Shown: piece after piece, positions 57,839-64,000 of the stretch
How the letters are laid out: each line of letters opens with the position of its first letter
How positions within the stretch are numbered: the stretch's first letter is position 1
From: Polyangiaceae bacterium
Lineage (GTDB): Bacteria; Myxococcota_A; Polyangia; Polyangiales; Polyangiaceae
Length of the DNA stretch: 64,000 nucleotides
Direction of reading: 5' to 3'
NCBI GenBank assembly: GCA_965222375.1
Contig: CBDCTZ010000011.1
Location: 480,001 to 544,000, forward strand
The notes under the pieces: generated by a model
The model's database searches: none
Seen by the model: the letters and a program-made list of their open reading frames with translations, nothing else
What the model was told of the DNA's origin: nothing
Made by a program: the position numbers and the translations under genes

Positions 57839-58915
57839 ATGCATCCTGGAGCTCATCCCCACGCCGCCTTCAAGCCCGAACCGGGCTTTGTCTATTCCAA
57901 GGGCCCGCGTCGCGTGTATTGGGAGCTGACTCGCGCGTGTGGACTGGCATGCCTGCATTGCCGCGCGGAAGCGCAGAAGGTGGCCACGCCGGATGAGCTC
58001 GACACCGAAGAAGCGTTTGCGCTGCTGCGAACGCTGACAAACGCCAAGCCGGTTCCGGTGGTCGTACTGACCGGTGGGGACCCCCTCGAGCGCGCCGACT
58101 TCTTCGAGATCATGAAGTACGCGAAGAGCCTCGGCTTGCACGTCGATGTCGCGCCGAGTGTCACGCCGAAACTCACCGAGGCCGCGGTGAAGCGTTTGGC
58201 AGCCGAGGGTGTGGGCGCCATGTCTCTGAGCCTCGACGGTTCCGACGCTGCACGTCACGATGGCTTGCGCGGGATCCCAGGTGTCTTCGACCGCACTCTC
58301 GAGGCCGCTCAGCTAATTGCCGACGCGCAGATCCCGCTGCAGGTCAACACGTTGGTGACCGCGAAGACCTTGCCGGACATGCCCGCCATTCACGAAGTGG
58401 TCAGCACCATGAGCGCGAAGCGTTGGAGCCTGTTCTTTCTCGTGACGACGGGTCGAGGTTCGCTTCTGCCGCAGATCGAGCCCGAGCAGGCCGAGACATT
58501 CTTCGACTGGCTGATCGAGATGGGACCCAAATCCCCCTTCGTCATTGCAACGACCGAAGCGCCGCAGTACCGGCGCTACCTGTTGGAGAAACGTGGTGGT
58601 GAAGACAAGCGCGTTCCGGGTGCAGGCATGCGCGATGGCAATGGCATCATGTTCATTTCCTGCAAGGGCGAAGTGATGCCCTCGGGTTTCCTGCCATTGA
58701 GTGCCGGAAATGTGCGGGAGACCGACGCGCTGGAGATCTACCGAAGCTCCGAGCTGTTCACGAAGCTTCGCAATACCTCGGCATTCTCCGGGCGCTGCGG
58801 CGCCTGCGATCACAAGGATGTGTGTGGCGGTTCCCGGGGTCGAGCCTACGCGGCTACGGGGGATCCTCTCGCTGAGGATCCACTCTGCCGCTACGAGCCC
58901 GCCGCGGCGGAGTAG
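57839..58915 (+). CDS. Radical SAM/SPASM protein (TIGR04053-type, NirJ/AhbD-like)
   Basis: WELTRACGLACLHCRA, TGGDP, TTEAPQYRR, PSGFLP, CGAC...CGGSR.RAYA..GD...DPLC. Confidence 0.85.
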   Translation: MHPGAHPHAAFKPEPGFVYSKGPRRVYWELTRACGLACLHCRAEAQKVATPDELDTEEAFALLRTLTNAKPVPVVVLTGGDPLERADFFEIMKYAKSLGLHVDVAPSVTPKLTEAAVKRLAAEGVGAMSLSLDGSDAARHDGLRGIPGVFDRTLEAAQLIADAQIPLQVNTLVTAKTLPDMPAIHEVVSTMSAKRWSLFFLVTTGRGSLLPQIEPEQAETFFDWLIEMGPKSPFVIATTEAPQYRRYLLEKRGGEDKRVPGAGMRDGNGIMFISCKGEVMPSGFLPLSAGNVRETDALEIYRSSELFTKLRNTSAFSGRCGACDHKDVCGGSRGRAYAATGDPLAEDPLCRYEPAAAE

Positions 58916-59112
58916 GCCGCCCTTCGCTCTCGCTGACGAAAGTCATTTCCTTGCCGCGAATGGAAGCCGCTGCGAACAGCTAGCGCGACTGACGTGAACG
59001 CGAGTGCCAACCACCGACGTGGTTGGATATGCCACACACTCCCACACCGCTGCTCCCATGACCGCCATCCACCGTCCGTGGTACGCTGACGCCAGGGTGG
59101 AGGTAGAACGAG

Positions 59113-62898
<3,786 letters not shown>

Positions 62899-62899
<1 letters not shown>

Positions 62900-64000
62900 T
62901 GACGGATCGACGGCGCCCGCTCGTGCTACTCGTGCTGCTCACTAGTGTGGGCTGCGGCTGTAGCGAGGACGACGGTGCCGCACCCAATCCGGGTGGTGGC
63001 GGGGTTGCTTCGGGCGGTGCTGCGGGTAGCGGTGGCCTCGTCTGGAGCGGTGGGACCTCGGGTGCAGTCGCGAGCGGGGGAAATGGTGGCAGTGGCAACA
63101 ACGGCGGCTGCGGGTCACAACCCTTGCCGAAGGAGGTGCCGGTGGGGTTCCAGGAGTACACGGGCTACTCCTGCGGCTGTCGCTTCTACGTGCCCGGACC
63201 TGGCGCCAAGGCGCTCGACCCGGTGGAGTGGGAGCCCTGCCCAGAGCCCGGGCCGATTGGTGTGTCCTGCCGGCGAATGAAAACGTCGTGGACGGCGAGT
63301 AGTGGGGCCATGCGGCTCCACCCGAAGTTCTGGTACGACGAGGCAACCAAGGAGGTGGTGTTGCAGTTCGCACGCCTCCGTCTGGTCGATAGCACCAACG
63401 CTGTGCGTCACAGCGTCGTGGCCGAAGCGGATGGCGTGGTGCGCAACGCGTTCGTGGAGGTGGGGCTCGGCTGTTCCCTCGCTGACCGAGGCGTGCAGGG
63501 CGGCAAGTTCCTGTTCGGTGCGGTCGGTGACTTCAATAGCGGCGAGGTCAAGGGAACCGAGGGGTTCGTGGGCGGCGCCATTGGTCACCTTCCCGACGCT
63601 TCCTACCAGCAACCTCTCGAGCAGTACAACCACACCAGCTGGCGCATGACCAGCGAGTGGATCATCCGTTGGAAGAGCGGACTATTCGGCCGGCGATTCG
63701 ACAGTCCGGGTGCCGAGGTGACGATCTTCGACCCGAGCAAGGATGTGGAGGGATTGCCTCCGTACAACGTGCAGGGCGTCGGACCCACGGTCTTGTTTCG
63801 TGTTGGCTCTGGAGTTGCGTCTGGAGTCATGGCGTGGACGGAGAAGACGGGTGCGCAGCCGTTGATTCGCTACCCCGGAGACTACACCCGCGCCGCTGCC
63901 AACTTCGGGACCGACGGCAGCGATCTGGTCTGGACCCATGGCGAAGGCACGTTCACGACCGCCACGGGCAAGTTCAGCACGCAGTCAGTCATGACCGCTC
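62899..64000 (+). CDS. Gly-rich lipoprotein, partial (runs off window end)
   Basis: ATG overlapping the TGA; MTDRRRPLVLLVLLTSVGC; frame open to the window end (manual translation). Confidence 0.8.

Overview
GC-rich window that reads like Myxococcota DNA, probably Polyangiaceae-like (inferred from many Gly/Cys-rich lipoproteins, MYXO-CTERM tails, Ser/Thr kinases and sigma54 promoters). From left to right it carries the 5' end of hutU; a sqr-tusE-dsrE sulfur-relay operon; and an operon resembling M. tuberculosis Rv1679-Rv1681 (acyl-CoA dehydrogenase fold, PhnD fold, radical SAM) extended with sugar-modifying and transferase genes. A porin/c-type cytochrome cluster and polysaccharide genes follow. 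About 18-43 kb is heavily rearranged and rich in gene fragments. There, a lipoprotein-anchored RHS toxin with an apparently circularly permuted ParB/Srx tip and its immunity gene lie between two ~1.4-kb direct repeats that both end at an ISCR/IS91-type oriIS-like sequence. The right part has an HNH gene, an IS4 element, a sensor-less sigma54 activator with a divergent 38-aa ORF, a probable CxxU selenoprotein, and a large TSP3-repeat lipoprotein gene put out of frame by a (GCAC)10 tract. No rRNA, tRNA or CRISPR array was seen. Family assignments come from motif recognition only; no searches were run.
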